A DNA stretch of 64,000 nucleotides from Candidatus Kerfeldbacteria bacterium (GTDB lineage: Bacteria; Patescibacteriota; Patescibacteriia; UBA9570; XYC2-FULL-38-9). Position numbers and translations under genes: made by a program. The stretch covers positions 15,444 to 79,443 of the forward strand of contig JBDRKW010000006.1 in NCBI GenBank assembly GCA_043813585.1, in the 5' to 3' direction. Shown piece after piece: positions 28,769-38,668 of this stretch. Position 1 is the stretch's first letter. Each line of letters opens with the position of its first letter. Below the pieces are notes generated by a model. That model worked only from the letters and a program-made list of their open reading frames with translations. It ran no database searches and had not been told where the DNA came from.

Positions 28769-29608
28769 ATGGATACACCGCAAATCAAAACCGAGCAATC
28801 GCCGCAGGGTCCGACCATCATCGTTCCGTCGGGGGCCGCCTATCATTCCTGCATGCACATGCCGGAGCTGAAGCCTGGCCAGCGGTGGAATGCGGTCATT
28901 GGAAAAGATGCGCACGTCGTAATGTGCGAGACCGATCCGCGCCAGTCAGAAATCGTCGTGGAAAAAGGCGCCCAGCTGGAATTGATGATCGTACAGTCCT
29001 CCCCTTCCCCCATTCCCCGTGCCATCGAAAAAACGCTGATTCTGCATGAACGGTCGTTTGTCCGTTTGTATATTGGGGCGTTTGAATCGATGGACCTTGC
29101 GGTTACCGGAAGGCTCGTCGGTGCGCGCGCCGGGTTCGGCCAGCATGTCACCTATTTTGGCACTGACAAGCAACAGGTCACGCTCAACCTTTCGGCTGTT
29201 CATGAAGCGGAAGAAACCATGTCGCGCATTCTCACGCGCGGCGTTGCGGTTGATGCGGCGCATGTTGATTTCACCGGCTCCGTGCGAATTGAACAATCAG
29301 GCGCGGGCGCCGATACCTTTGTCGGCCATCAAGGGCTGCTCCTCGGCAGCAATGCGCGCATTGACGCGCTGCCCCGTCTGGATATCGAAACAAATGACGT
29401 GAAGGCGGCGCACAGCTCCGCAATACATGCAATTGACGAAGAGCAGCTGTTCTACCTGCAATCACGCGGCATCGAGCGTGAAGAATCCTCCCGCATGATC
29501 GTCAATGGATTTCTGGAGGAGAGCCTGGCCATCGTGCGCGACTCAGACATCATTAAACTCGTCAAACAATCAATTAAAAATAAACAGGAACGACTTTCTT
29601 ATGAGTAA
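28769..29608 (+). CDS. sufD: Fe-S cluster assembly protein SufD (short form)
   Basis: C-terminal beta-helix motifs DVKAAHSSAIHAIDEEQLFYLQSRGI. 279 aa. Confidence 0.75.
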   Translation: MDTPQIKTEQSPQGPTIIVPSGAAYHSCMHMPELKPGQRWNAVIGKDAHVVMCETDPRQSEIVVEKGAQLELMIVQSSPSPIPRAIEKTLILHERSFVRLYIGAFESMDLAVTGRLVGARAGFGQHVTYFGTDKQQVTLNLSAVHEAEETMSRILTRGVAVDAAHVDFTGSVRIEQSGAGADTFVGHQGLLLGSNARIDALPRLDIETNDVKAAHSSAIHAIDEEQLFYLQSRGIEREESSRMIVNGFLEESLAIVRDSDIIKLVKQSIKNKQERLSYE

Positions 29609-30818
29609 CATATTCGATAAAGAAAAACTGAAAAAAGATTTCCCGTTCCTCGAGACGGACATTGTCTACCTGGACAACGGCGCAACCACGCAAAAACCGC
29701 GTCAGATGGTTGACGCCATCACCGATTACTACACCAATTACAGCGCCAACGTGCATCGCGGCATTTATAAGATGAGCGAACGGGCGGACGCCGCGTATGA
29801 AGCGGTGCGCGACCAGGTGCAAGAGCTGCTCAATGCCGAACACCGCGAAGAAATAATATTCACGAGCGGAACCACGCTGGCGCTCAACATGGCGGCGCAG
29901 ATGCTCGGCCAGCGCATGGAAGAAGGCGACGAGATCATCCTGACCCGGCTGGAACATCACGCGAACCTGATCCCCTGGCAGATGGTGGCAAAGCAAAAAA
30001 AGCTGAAAATCAAATTTTTGTCGCTGAATGAGCAGGAACAGATTGATCCGGAACAGCTGCGGCAGCTTATCACCGAAAAAACGAAAGTACTTTCCCTTAC
30101 GCACGTTTCGAATGTATCCGGGTATGTGACGCCGGTTCGCGAACTTGCAGACATTGCGCATGAACACGATATGACTGTCGTTGTTGATGCCGCGCAAAGC
30201 ACCCCGCATATGCCGGTGGACGTACAGGCGCTCGGTGCCGACATGCTGGCGTTTTCCGCGCACAAGATGTGCGGCCCGACCTACGTCGGCGTTCTGTACG
30301 GCCACAAGGATCTGCTCGAGGAGCTGGAGCCGGTGCTCGGCGGCGGAAGCATGATCCTGGAGGTCTCGATGGAAACGGCCACCTGGGCGGATCTTCCGCT
30401 CAAGTTCGAACCGGGCACGCCGAACATCGCCGGCGTCATCGGGTTCGGCGCCTCGCTCGCCTACCTCAAGAAACTCGGCATGGACGCAATACATAAATAC
30501 ATGACCGCATTGACAGCAACGGCGTACAAAGCCCTCGCGAGCATGGATGGCGTGAAGGTTTTCGGTCCGTCAGACCTATTGGTGCGCCATGGAATTTTCT
30601 CGTTAGCGGTTGACGGCATCCATCCGCATGACATGGCTTCGATTTTAGACGAACAAAACGTCGCAGTCCGCGCCGGCCACCACTGCGCCCAGCCGATGAT
30701 GGCACGTTGGGGCGTCCCGGCAACAACGCGCGCAAGCTTTTATTTTTACAACAACGAACAGGACGTCGACGCGCTCGTTGCCGCAATACAAAAAGCGCAA
30801 TCAATTTTTAAGGTATAA
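29601..30818 (+). CDS. sufS: cysteine desulfurase SufS
   Basis: Start at the MSNIFDK ATG, which overlaps the sufD stop (ATGAGTAA). PLP-dependent class V fold with active-site Cys in RAGHHCAQP. Confidence 0.85.
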   Translation: MSNIFDKEKLKKDFPFLETDIVYLDNGATTQKPRQMVDAITDYYTNYSANVHRGIYKMSERADAAYEAVRDQVQELLNAEHREEIIFTSGTTLALNMAAQMLGQRMEEGDEIILTRLEHHANLIPWQMVAKQKKLKIKFLSLNEQEQIDPEQLRQLITEKTKVLSLTHVSNVSGYVTPVRELADIAHEHDMTVVVDAAQSTPHMPVDVQALGADMLAFSAHKMCGPTYVGVLYGHKDLLEELEPVLGGGSMILEVSMETATWADLPLKFEPGTPNIAGVIGFGASLAYLKKLGMDAIHKYMTALTATAYKALASMDGVKVFGPSDLLVRHGIFSLAVDGIHPHDMASILDEQNVAVRAGHHCAQPMMARWGVPATTRASFYFYNNEQDVDALVAAIQKAQSIFKV

Positions 30819-30822
30819 CGCT

Positions 30823-31188
30823 ATGGAACTCTACAGGGAAGAAATACTCGAACACTACCGCAAGCCGCACAACAGCGGAACGCTTGAAGGCGCGGATATT
30901 GTCCAGCATGAGCAAAACACGACCTGCGGCGACATACTCACGTTCTACCTCAATATGGAAGACGACAAAGTCAAAGAAGTCATGTTTGAAGGCGAAGGAT
31001 GCGCAATCAGCCAGGCCGCGGCGTCCATGCTGACCGATGAAATTAAAGGCAAAACCGTTGAAGAAGTGAAACAGCTGACAAAAGATGATATCGTCGATTT
31101 ACTCGGAATTGAACTGGGGCCAACGCGCCTGAAATGCGCGCTTCTGTCGCTGCAAGGCGTCACAAACGCAGTGAGCAAGACAGAATAA
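30823..31188 (+). CDS. sufU: SUF-system Fe-S scaffold SufU/IscU-like
   Basis: MELYREEILEHYRKPHNSG...NTTCGD...GEGCAISQAA motifs. Confidence 0.8.
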   Translation: MELYREEILEHYRKPHNSGTLEGADIVQHEQNTTCGDILTFYLNMEDDKVKEVMFEGEGCAISQAAASMLTDEIKGKTVEEVKQLTKDDIVDLLGIELGPTRLKCALLSLQGVTNAVSKTE

Positions 31189-31197
31189 CAAGAATAT

Positions 31198-31275
31198 CAA
31201 AAGCGCCGCCTAGCGGTATTTCCGTACACGAGATTCTCAAAGTCGAGTGGCGGGAACAGCGCAAAAGCGGCGCTT
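31198..31275. terminator. long-range stem (11 bp, AAAAGCGCCGC / GCGGCGCTTTT) between convergent genes
   Basis: Perfect 11-nt complementarity across about 50 nt with a T-run after it. Confidence 0.35.
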
Positions 31276-31288
31276 TTCTATTTCTGAT

Positions 31289-32482
31289 TTATTGTGTAGG
31301 TGGTTTGTCCTGCGGTTCGGACGGCTTGTCCATAGGAGCCGGCGCAGCGCTTTCAGGCGCTTTGCCTTTCTTCTTGCCGCGCTGAACAAGCACGAACACG
31401 ATCGCGCCGATAATCACAAGGACGATGAAAATGATCCAGATGTTCTTGAGCAGCAGAACCACCGAATACACGACAATCCACATCGCTATGCCGACTAATG
31501 AAGCGATGAACTTCAGCACGCCGTCAAACCCGCGGTCAATGTGCTTGCCCACGACCGGAATGAACTTGAACATGTTGGTGAACAGCATCAACGGGCCCAC
31601 AATCAGAATCATGCCAAACACCATCAGCACAAGCGACACGATGCGCAGTATCCATTTCGTACTTGCATCCTGCGCCTCCAGCGCTTCCAACGTCCCCTGG
31701 TGCGACAGGTTCGACACGACAAATGGCCTGCCTTCATATGCCGCTTTGACTTCATCATTTTCCGCGTTGCCGGCGATTAGAAGTGTTTTGAACAGCGGCA
31801 TATAATCATAGACCCAGCGCACATCACCTTCTATCGGATCATTTTTGCTTTCCGTATATTCGTAATTGGTCAGCGATTTCGTTCCGAAAAATGTTGTTGA
31901 TCCGCTCGGCGTTACCGTAAAAACGCCCAGCTTAAACGAAGCATACTTTGAATCCGTTTCTGTGCTCTCCCAGTCATACTCTTCCACAAGGTAGCAGGAC
32001 TCGCAATTGGTTCCGTCCTGGTCGCACTCCTCGCCAACATACCGGATTTTTGTCTGGTTCTCTGAAATCGTACCGCACTGCTCATGCTCCGAACGCGTAT
32101 AGACCTGCTTGTCCGTCTCGACATAAAGGCACTTCTCCGGCTCCTGAGCCTTCGCTGTGTCATCAGTGGCTGCTTCCCCTTCTACAGCTTTTTTATCGTC
32201 CGCTTTCTCGTCCTTTACTTTCCCTTCCTCGTCCGCAACAGGACAATTCAGTTTATCTGCTTCGGAGGTCTCCCCTTCAGTGGCAATATACCCGGTTTCA
32301 GGCGCAGTTGCCTCGATTACTTTTGCGGAAGAAAAATCCTCCGCGCGGTGCTGCGATTCCGCATACCATGCAGCAAGCGGCGAACCGATGACGACCAATC
32401 CGAGGCCGATCAAGACGCCGAATAAACTCGAAAAGATTCCTCCCTCTTTCCGGGTTCGATAGACTTTGTTATCCATAGTCAT
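31289..32482 (-). CDS. hypothetical membrane protein (N-terminal TM, Cys-rich extracytoplasmic domain, C-terminal TM bundle, Pro-rich tail)
   Basis: 397 aa. Hydrophobic segments at both ends. Confidence 0.5.
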   Translation of the reverse strand: MTMDNKVYRTRKEGGIFSSLFGVLIGLGLVVIGSPLAAWYAESQHRAEDFSSAKVIEATAPETGYIATEGETSEADKLNCPVADEEGKVKDEKADDKKAVEGEAATDDTAKAQEPEKCLYVETDKQVYTRSEHEQCGTISENQTKIRYVGEECDQDGTNCESCYLVEEYDWESTETDSKYASFKLGVFTVTPSGSTTFFGTKSLTNYEYTESKNDPIEGDVRWVYDYMPLFKTLLIAGNAENDEVKAAYEGRPFVVSNLSHQGTLEALEAQDASTKWILRIVSLVLMVFGMILIVGPLMLFTNMFKFIPVVGKHIDRGFDGVLKFIASLVGIAMWIVVYSVVLLLKNIWIIFIVLVIIGAIVFVLVQRGKKKGKAPESAAPAPMDKPSEPQDKPPTQ

Positions 32483-32563
32483 TCTTTTAATGAAAAATCA
32501 ACATGATAATTATACGCTATTTTGCCTAAATGAAAAATGAAGCGGCGCGATCATCACCTTGCC

Positions 32564-33874
32564 TTAATCTGTATTTTCCAGATCCTCAAGCACGATATCC
32601 CATGCGTCCGAAGCGACCGGTTCCGGCCGGCCATGCGACGGAAAGGCATGCATATCAATATAGGGCAGGCTGTTGGCCTCGAGCACTGCGCATTCCTGGC
32701 CAGTATGCGGCTGATTGACCTCCGGACAGATAAAATCGATCCCAACCAGGTTCGTCTGCAGCAATCGGGCAATGTCCAAAAATAATTGAATATTCTCCGG
32801 ATGCACATCATCGATGACATTCACCACGTCCGCCCCCTGGGACAGGATATGTTTGGGCTGAAGAAGAACCACCTGACCCACGTCTGGAACAGAATCGAGG
32901 TTCAGCGCCTGTTGCGCGAGCTGCCGCTCCAGCACGTCGTCAAGCGGTATTTCAAACAGCGTGACGTTGGGTTGTCCCCTTTTTCCGCGGCGTTCGTCGG
33001 CATTTTTTATCTCAACCAGTTGCCGGATGGTCGAGTCGCCATCGCCCACAACATTTGCCCGGTCGCGGCGGCACACATATACCTTCCTCTGCCCGATGAC
33101 TGTCGCGCGGTACAGCGGCCCGCGTATAAACCGCTCCACGATAATATCCGGGCGGTACGCGCGGCAATCGCGGATCGCGCGTGCGAGTTCCTCTTCTGAA
33201 TTGATATCGACAAACGTGTGGCAACTTAATGAACCGCCGTTCGGCTTAACGACCAGTGGAAAACCAAGATGCATCCCATAATTATAGGCGCGGCGTGCTG
33301 TGTAGAAGCGTTTCCCTTCTGCCACCGGAACCGCGTGATCGGCCAATAATTTTTTCATTCGAAATTTGTCGTCCACATTAACAATCAGTGGATCACGGAT
33401 TTTTAACGGAATGCATTCATAATGGTGGCGCCTGCCGTTTGCGAATAAGACATACTCGTTCATCGGTCTGCCGAAAAACGTCAGTGCGCGTACATCCAGC
33501 TGCCTGCGCTGCGCTTCCCGGAAAAAAATGAGGCTCCGGTTGAGGATCTTCTCTTCATCCACGTCGCGCGCCAGCCGAATCACGGTCAATTTAGAAAGCA
33601 CAAAAACAGCACCGCGTCCTGCCAATGACGACAAATTCCGCATCGGCGTACGCGCCGCAAAACGAGAAACCGCCTCAAAAGGAACCAGCATATGGTCAAC
33701 CATAAAATCAATGCGGGCATGGAGATGCGTCCGCCGCTTTGTGGGCAGGCAATGGATGCAGTATTTATTTTCCATAGCTGTAGGATACACGAAAAATTGA
33801 TTGGCGCCAGGGTAAAAAAAATCGGCATGCCTGTCCTCTGCAGTTGCATGCCGTACCGGTATCGTTCTGCGCAA
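32564..33874 (-). CDS. ATP-grasp protein resembling the N-terminal half of cyanophycin synthetase (CphA), without the Mur-ligase half
   Basis: VVKPNGGSLSCHTF...VVGDGDSTIRQLVEIKNADERRGKRG...DVVNVIDDVHPENIQLF...GIDFICPE aligns with the CphA ATP-grasp domain. Confidence 0.6.
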   Translation of the reverse strand: MRRTIPVRHATAEDRHADFFYPGANQFFVYPTAMENKYCIHCLPTKRRTHLHARIDFMVDHMLVPFEAVSRFAARTPMRNLSSLAGRGAVFVLSKLTVIRLARDVDEEKILNRSLIFFREAQRRQLDVRALTFFGRPMNEYVLFANGRRHHYECIPLKIRDPLIVNVDDKFRMKKLLADHAVPVAEGKRFYTARRAYNYGMHLGFPLVVKPNGGSLSCHTFVDINSEEELARAIRDCRAYRPDIIVERFIRGPLYRATVIGQRKVYVCRRDRANVVGDGDSTIRQLVEIKNADERRGKRGQPNVTLFEIPLDDVLERQLAQQALNLDSVPDVGQVVLLQPKHILSQGADVVNVIDDVHPENIQLFLDIARLLQTNLVGIDFICPEVNQPHTGQECAVLEANSLPYIDMHAFPSHGRPEPVASDAWDIVLEDLENTD

Positions 33875-33889
33875 TTCGTGCAGGCCGTC

Positions 33890-35917
33890 CTACCGGTGGA
33901 CGAACTGGGCCTTGACCCGCGGACCGTTCGTCACGAAGTTCGTGAGGCCGATGATGTGATCCTTGGTCTCACCACACCTACCGGACGCCTTGGCTTCCTC
34001 CATGAGGCCCTCCGCGAGCGGTTTCTCGATGCCGCGCATCACCACGCCCACCAGGATGTCGTCGATGGCCCGCGAGCGATGCCCGATGTCTACCTGCAGC
34101 GGCGCGTCCGGGATGAGGCTCGGCTTCACCGGCCTGGCGTCCATCGGCTTCATCTTGAAGGTGGACGCCCCGTGGGTCAGGATCATCTCCCTGGCCCACT
34201 TCATTGGATCCAGGTTGATGGCGTCGGCCCACCCATATTCCAGTGCGGTAACCGCGCCGATCGCCACGCCCGCGCGGAGCATCTGGAGCGCGCGATCCAC
34301 GCCCACCAGCCGCGGAAGTCGCTGGGTGCCGCCGTACCCGGGAATGATGCCCAGGTTGACCTCGGGCTGGCCGATCGCGGCGTCCGTGCTGATGACGCGC
34401 TTCCAGCACGCCATCGCCATCTCCGCGCCGCCGCCGAGGCAGAGCCCCTTGACCACGGCCACGACCGGCTTGGACATGGCTTCGATCTGGAGGGTCAGCA
34501 GCTGGCCGGCGCGTGGGAACTGCGCCATCTCATCGGGCTTCCCGCGCAGGTCCGCCAGCTCGGTCACGTCAGCTCCGGCGAGGATGCCGTTGAAGCCGGT
34601 GAAGATCACGCCCTTGACGGAATCGTCGCCATCGAGCTGCTTGAAGGCCATCGAGAGCTCCAGGATGGTCGCCGCGTTGAGCGGGTTCACCGGCGGCCGG
34701 AACACGGTCACGGTCGCGACACCGCTACTGTCGACGTCCACCTTGACGTTCTTGTAGACCTGCGGCAGCTGGCCGTCATCCGGAATCCTGTCGCTCTCGA
34801 ACAAGGCGGGCGGTTCGTAGTTGATGAACCCGTCGTTCACGGCGGCATCGAACCAATCGAACAGGTTGGCCGCACCGGCGTGGCTCATCATCTCCACTAC
34901 GCCCTTGTTGAACGCGAGCGCAGTGCGGGAGATCCAGTTCAGGTCGAACGCGCTGACCACGCCCTTCTCGAGCAGGTGCAGCGCCAGGCCGGCGAGGTAG
35001 GCCTTGCACACCGACGCGATCTTCTCGTACATGACCCCGTCGATCTGCTCGTCCTCCTCCGAGGCCTCCCGATGGTTGTACCACGGCGTCGCGTCCTGGG
35101 CGCGCATCATCGCGGTCATCGGATCATGGAGGCCGAACAGCCCGGTCTGCGCCCAGTACTCCAAGCACTCAGCCGTGAGGTTGTTCGCGTTCGGGATGAG
35201 GATGTGAACCAGGAACACCCCGCCGCCGCCGATCTCCCGATTGAGGACGTTGTTGACCTGGCGAGGCGTGCCCCAGTTGGCGTTCACGAGTCCGCACGCG
35301 CAGTCCATCATCCCGCAGAACAGGATGTTGCCCGCAAACAGCGGGCTGTCCGCCACGTGCACCGGCACCTTGCCGAGCCGGCGCAGCGTCTCGTCCGCAC
35401 GCGCAGTCATCTCGGGGTTCCGGGACGCCGTGAGCTCCATGACCGGATTCTTCCACGCCGGGAAGAACGGGTGCATAACGAAGCACCTCTCCTTGTACAT
35501 CGAGTCGCGCGCGATCTCGCTGCACGGCAGCGACGACGTCGTGAACCCGATCAGGCAGTCTGCCGGCACCAGCTCCTCGGTCTGCGCCAGGATCCGCCGC
35601 TTGAGCTCCAGGTTCTCGGTCGCGGCCTCGATCACCAGGTCGAAGTCGGTTCGGCTCTGCGGACCGCCCTTGAGCGAATCGCTGAACTCGAAGCACGACA
35701 GGATTTGCGACTTCACCGTCGCCGACATCTTCCCGCGCGCGTGGCCCTTCTCGGCTAGCTGCAGGATCTCCTTCTTGGCCGACTCAAGCACCCTCGCGTT
35801 GATGTCCGCGAGCACGACGCAGCAGTCGCCCTTGAGAGCCGTCGCGAACGAGTACGCCAGCCCTCTGCCGATGGATCCGGCACCGATGATTCCGATCAAA
35901 AACTCTTTCTGTATCAC
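33890..35917 (-). CDS. bifunctional 3-hydroxyacyl-CoA dehydrogenase / enoyl-CoA hydratase (FadB/FadJ-like, dehydrogenase domain first). High-GC gene.
   Basis: NAD-binding IGIIGAGSIGRG, HPFFPAWKNPVMEL motif, crotonase VAVVKGLCLGGGAEMAMAC. The opposite strand carries a 688-aa R/H/P-rich artefact ORF. Confidence 0.75.
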   Translation of the reverse strand: MIQKEFLIGIIGAGSIGRGLAYSFATALKGDCCVVLADINARVLESAKKEILQLAEKGHARGKMSATVKSQILSCFEFSDSLKGGPQSRTDFDLVIEAATENLELKRRILAQTEELVPADCLIGFTTSSLPCSEIARDSMYKERCFVMHPFFPAWKNPVMELTASRNPEMTARADETLRRLGKVPVHVADSPLFAGNILFCGMMDCACGLVNANWGTPRQVNNVLNREIGGGGVFLVHILIPNANNLTAECLEYWAQTGLFGLHDPMTAMMRAQDATPWYNHREASEEDEQIDGVMYEKIASVCKAYLAGLALHLLEKGVVSAFDLNWISRTALAFNKGVVEMMSHAGAANLFDWFDAAVNDGFINYEPPALFESDRIPDDGQLPQVYKNVKVDVDSSGVATVTVFRPPVNPLNAATILELSMAFKQLDGDDSVKGVIFTGFNGILAGADVTELADLRGKPDEMAQFPRAGQLLTLQIEAMSKPVVAVVKGLCLGGGAEMAMACWKRVISTDAAIGQPEVNLGIIPGYGGTQRLPRLVGVDRALQMLRAGVAIGAVTALEYGWADAINLDPMKWAREMILTHGASTFKMKPMDARPVKPSLIPDAPLQVDIGHRSRAIDDILVGVVMRGIEKPLAEGLMEEAKASGRCGETKDHIIGLTNFVTNGPRVKAQFVHR

Positions 35918-36023
35918 GGTCTCTACCTCCCTGTTGTTCGTTTACCGATAGTTTCAATTCGAAAAAGAGCAGATACGCTCCTCTCGTAAACCGACGACCA
36001 TCATAGCATGCAAAACTGAGAAG

Positions 36024-37325
36024 TCAACGCTCGAATGAACCCGCATCAAGCCGCTTTTGAACGGCCGGCAAACGAACGATGAATGCAACAATAAACAGCA
36101 AAACAAGCCCAAACGTCATTATTTTGAACCCTGCAAGCGTCTGTTCGCCGCTCACCGGCAAATAATTCCAAAACTGCGTCATCGCAAGCGTGCAGAAAGA
36201 CAGAATATGAACCGGAATATTTTTCTTTGTGAGCGGAAAACACAATAGATACAAACTAAACGGCAATATATACAAGTGGTACTGCTTATGCGTGCTCCGG
36301 GCGAACAATAATACAAACAGCATCACCATGCTGTAATCGATTAATAAATCTTCCGGCAGTATTCGTTTCCGATAGCGCCATAAAACTCCGGCCGCGCCTG
36401 CTCCGACAAGCATGGTAATCCAGGTTAATGCGTCACGAAACGTTTTCGCCAGCCCTTTCCGCGGAGTATCGGAATTGGGAGCGATCCAGTCAAATTCTCC
36501 GTTCTTGATCGACGTCCGGAACGAACCATACAGCGACGAACTGGCTTTGATATCGCCTAAATCGCCGCTGATCACTGCTTTCTGTACGCTCGTCAGTGTT
36601 TTCATCGTCTTCTCTGTGCCAAACAGCGGAACGGCTGCCGCGAACAGCACGGCAATAACAAGAACCATGGCAACCGCGGCTTTCCACTGCTTTTTCAAGA
36701 CCATATACGGAAGCAGGAATAACGGAAAGACCTTCACCACGGCAACCAACCCAAAACCGGCTCCGGCCAGCCACCCATTCTTATGGGCAATAAGCGCCAA
36801 ACCGCCCATCATCACGAATAACAGCGCCCCATTCACCTGCCCGGTCCCGAACAGCCCCTGAACCGGCGGCGCAAACGCCAGCGCCAATACAAGAGCCGTA
36901 TAACGAAACTTCAAAACGTCATCGCGCAACAGATAATGGATGCACACATATAACGCTCCCAAAAACAATGCCGCGTTCACCAACGCCCACGCTCGCGTCA
37001 TCGCATCGAGCGATGTAATTGAAAAAGGGACAAACAGCACGGCTGATTGAGGCGGATATAAAAACTGCGTCCCGCCCCTATGCTCGCGCAGTTCCATGAT
37101 CGCCTGCCGCAGCGCTTTTTTGTCCAGGACCTCGGCCGGTTCCAAACCATGCTGGCTCGTCATTGCCGCGCCAACGACATAGAACACCGTTAAGTCAGTT
37201 TGTCCGTACCCGACATCGCTGTATTTATCCAGAAGAAAAACAGCATTATAAAACACGAAAAACAACAGGACTGCTCCTGCTGCCAATACTTGAATAATGC
37301 GGCGTTGTTCAGGCGAAATCGTCAT
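36024..37325 (-). CDS. glycosyltransferase family 87 / DUF2029 integral membrane protein
   Basis: Polytopic protein with the ...GQVNGALLFVMMGGLALI...VKVFPLFLLPY region. ATG start MTISPEQ; the tracked longer ORF uses TTG at 37358. Confidence 0.55.
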   Translation of the reverse strand: MTISPEQRRIIQVLAAGAVLLFFVFYNAVFLLDKYSDVGYGQTDLTVFYVVGAAMTSQHGLEPAEVLDKKALRQAIMELREHRGGTQFLYPPQSAVLFVPFSITSLDAMTRAWALVNAALFLGALYVCIHYLLRDDVLKFRYTALVLALAFAPPVQGLFGTGQVNGALLFVMMGGLALIAHKNGWLAGAGFGLVAVVKVFPLFLLPYMVLKKQWKAAVAMVLVIAVLFAAAVPLFGTEKTMKTLTSVQKAVISGDLGDIKASSSLYGSFRTSIKNGEFDWIAPNSDTPRKGLAKTFRDALTWITMLVGAGAAGVLWRYRKRILPEDLLIDYSMVMLFVLLFARSTHKQYHLYILPFSLYLLCFPLTKKNIPVHILSFCTLAMTQFWNYLPVSGEQTLAGFKIMTFGLVLLFIVAFIVRLPAVQKRLDAGSFER

Positions 37326-37372
37326 AGTTGTAGTGCGACCAAATTGTACACAGGGCAACGCCTAAATGCAAC

Positions 37373-37398
37373 AAAAACCGCCCCTCGCGAGGCGGTTT
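37373..37398 (-). terminator. rho-independent terminator after the 37421..38257 gene
   Basis: Minus-strand RNA AAACCGCCUCGCGAGGGGCGGUUUUUG. Confidence 0.55.
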
Positions 37399-37420
37399 GA
37401 TCTTTGAACTATTCAGTTGC

Positions 37421-38257
37421 TTACAGCGCGAGTGACTCAAGAATGTTATCAAGAATATCTTCATCAGTATCAGAGATGCCGGTAGTTGATACTGTAGGAT
37501 AGGTTCGTGATGAAGCCATGATCGTCATGATGTAATCACCAACTGCGATTCGATGTCCAACATTAGGCTCATCAGCTGCATCAGTCTGATTCTTTCCAAA
37601 GAAGATATCAGTCTTGTTTGTGCCTTCGCCATGATAGGTCTTCTCTGTCACTTTTGCACCAGCAATATCTAGCGATACAGTCTTTGTACTGATTTCGCTG
37701 TAGCCAATTCCTGTTCGGAACCAGGTTATCATCGAACTGTCATTCTTGTCGCGATAACACACAGTCATGAACGTATTCGTTGACTGAAAAAGAAGACAGA
37801 ACCCCCCTTTTTCAACTACCCGATTTTCATCAGCATCATATACTTGCTCCTTCACTTCCCAATCGCTTGGATAGTGCCACGTCAACCCATATTTCGTATC
37901 CGTATACGTGCTCCAACCTTCGTATGCGCTGTCCGCTTCATCAATCGTTACGTCATCAAGAGTTGTCTCATCTTCGGTTGTAACCTCAACCGCATCCCCG
38001 TTCTCGTCAAACAACTCCAACGAGGTGTCGCCCTGGCAATCCTGGATCGTCTTCCGACAATCAGAAAGCGCGTCCGTGCAGGATTCAAAGTTCGTCTGCA
38101 GCGTTGAAAATTGATTTTCCAACTCCGTAATCCGGACATCATATTCATCGTCATTTGCAGAGACCTGTACGGAAAAGAAAAGATATGCGGCAATCGCAAC
38201 GACCAGCGCCGAAACTGTCGCCGCAATTGTAATTGGTAATGTGTTCGATTGTGCCAT
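37421..38257 (-). CDS. hypothetical membrane-anchored secreted protein
   Basis: N-terminal TM (LPITIAATVSALVVAIAAYLFF) followed by a coiled-coil and beta-rich domain. Confidence 0.45.
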   Translation of the reverse strand: MAQSNTLPITIAATVSALVVAIAAYLFFSVQVSANDDEYDVRITELENQFSTLQTNFESCTDALSDCRKTIQDCQGDTSLELFDENGDAVEVTTEDETTLDDVTIDEADSAYEGWSTYTDTKYGLTWHYPSDWEVKEQVYDADENRVVEKGGFCLLFQSTNTFMTVCYRDKNDSSMITWFRTGIGYSEISTKTVSLDIAGAKVTEKTYHGEGTNKTDIFFGKNQTDAADEPNVGHRIAVGDYIMTIMASSRTYPTVSTTGISDTDEDILDNILESLAL

Positions 38258-38399
38258 ATTTGTATTTAATTATTTCCTCTATAAAAATAGCACAAATCGG
38301 CATTGTGGAAAAGCATGCCTGTGTTGCGCTTATCCCCCGTTGACTTTGTGGGTGCCAGGAGTAAAGTATGAAAAGTATGAATTTTATAACTTCGACCCT

Positions 38400-38663
38400 A
38401 TGCTAAGCAACGAAAAAATCGACGTGTACGGTACCGGAACAGTCGGCGAAAAAGGACAAATCGTCATTCCGGCGGCCGCGCGCAAGGCCATGGGCATCAA
38501 CCCTGGCGACAACTTCATCTTTTTCAGCCACGGCCCGCTTATCCACATGGTCCGCGCCGACCAGCTGAACGAACTGATCGACAAAGCGACGAAAAAATTC
38601 ACCTCGCACTTAAACGGACTGAAAGACGCGCTGCAGCAGCCGAATAATACAAAAAAGAAATAA
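38400..38663 (+). CDS. AbrB/MazE/SpoVT-family DNA-binding protein
   Basis: GTVGEKGQIVIPAAARKAMGINPGDNFIFF is a swapped-hairpin (SpoVT_AbrB) motif. Start at MLSNEK. Confidence 0.55.
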   Translation: MLSNEKIDVYGTGTVGEKGQIVIPAAARKAMGINPGDNFIFFSHGPLIHMVRADQLNELIDKATKKFTSHLNGLKDALQQPNNTKKK

Positions 38664-38668
38664 CGCCT

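Noticed and set aside
33692-35758. 688-aa ORF on the + strand
   Set aside because: Same high-GC artefact. The minus strand encodes a clearly recognisable FadB-like enzyme.
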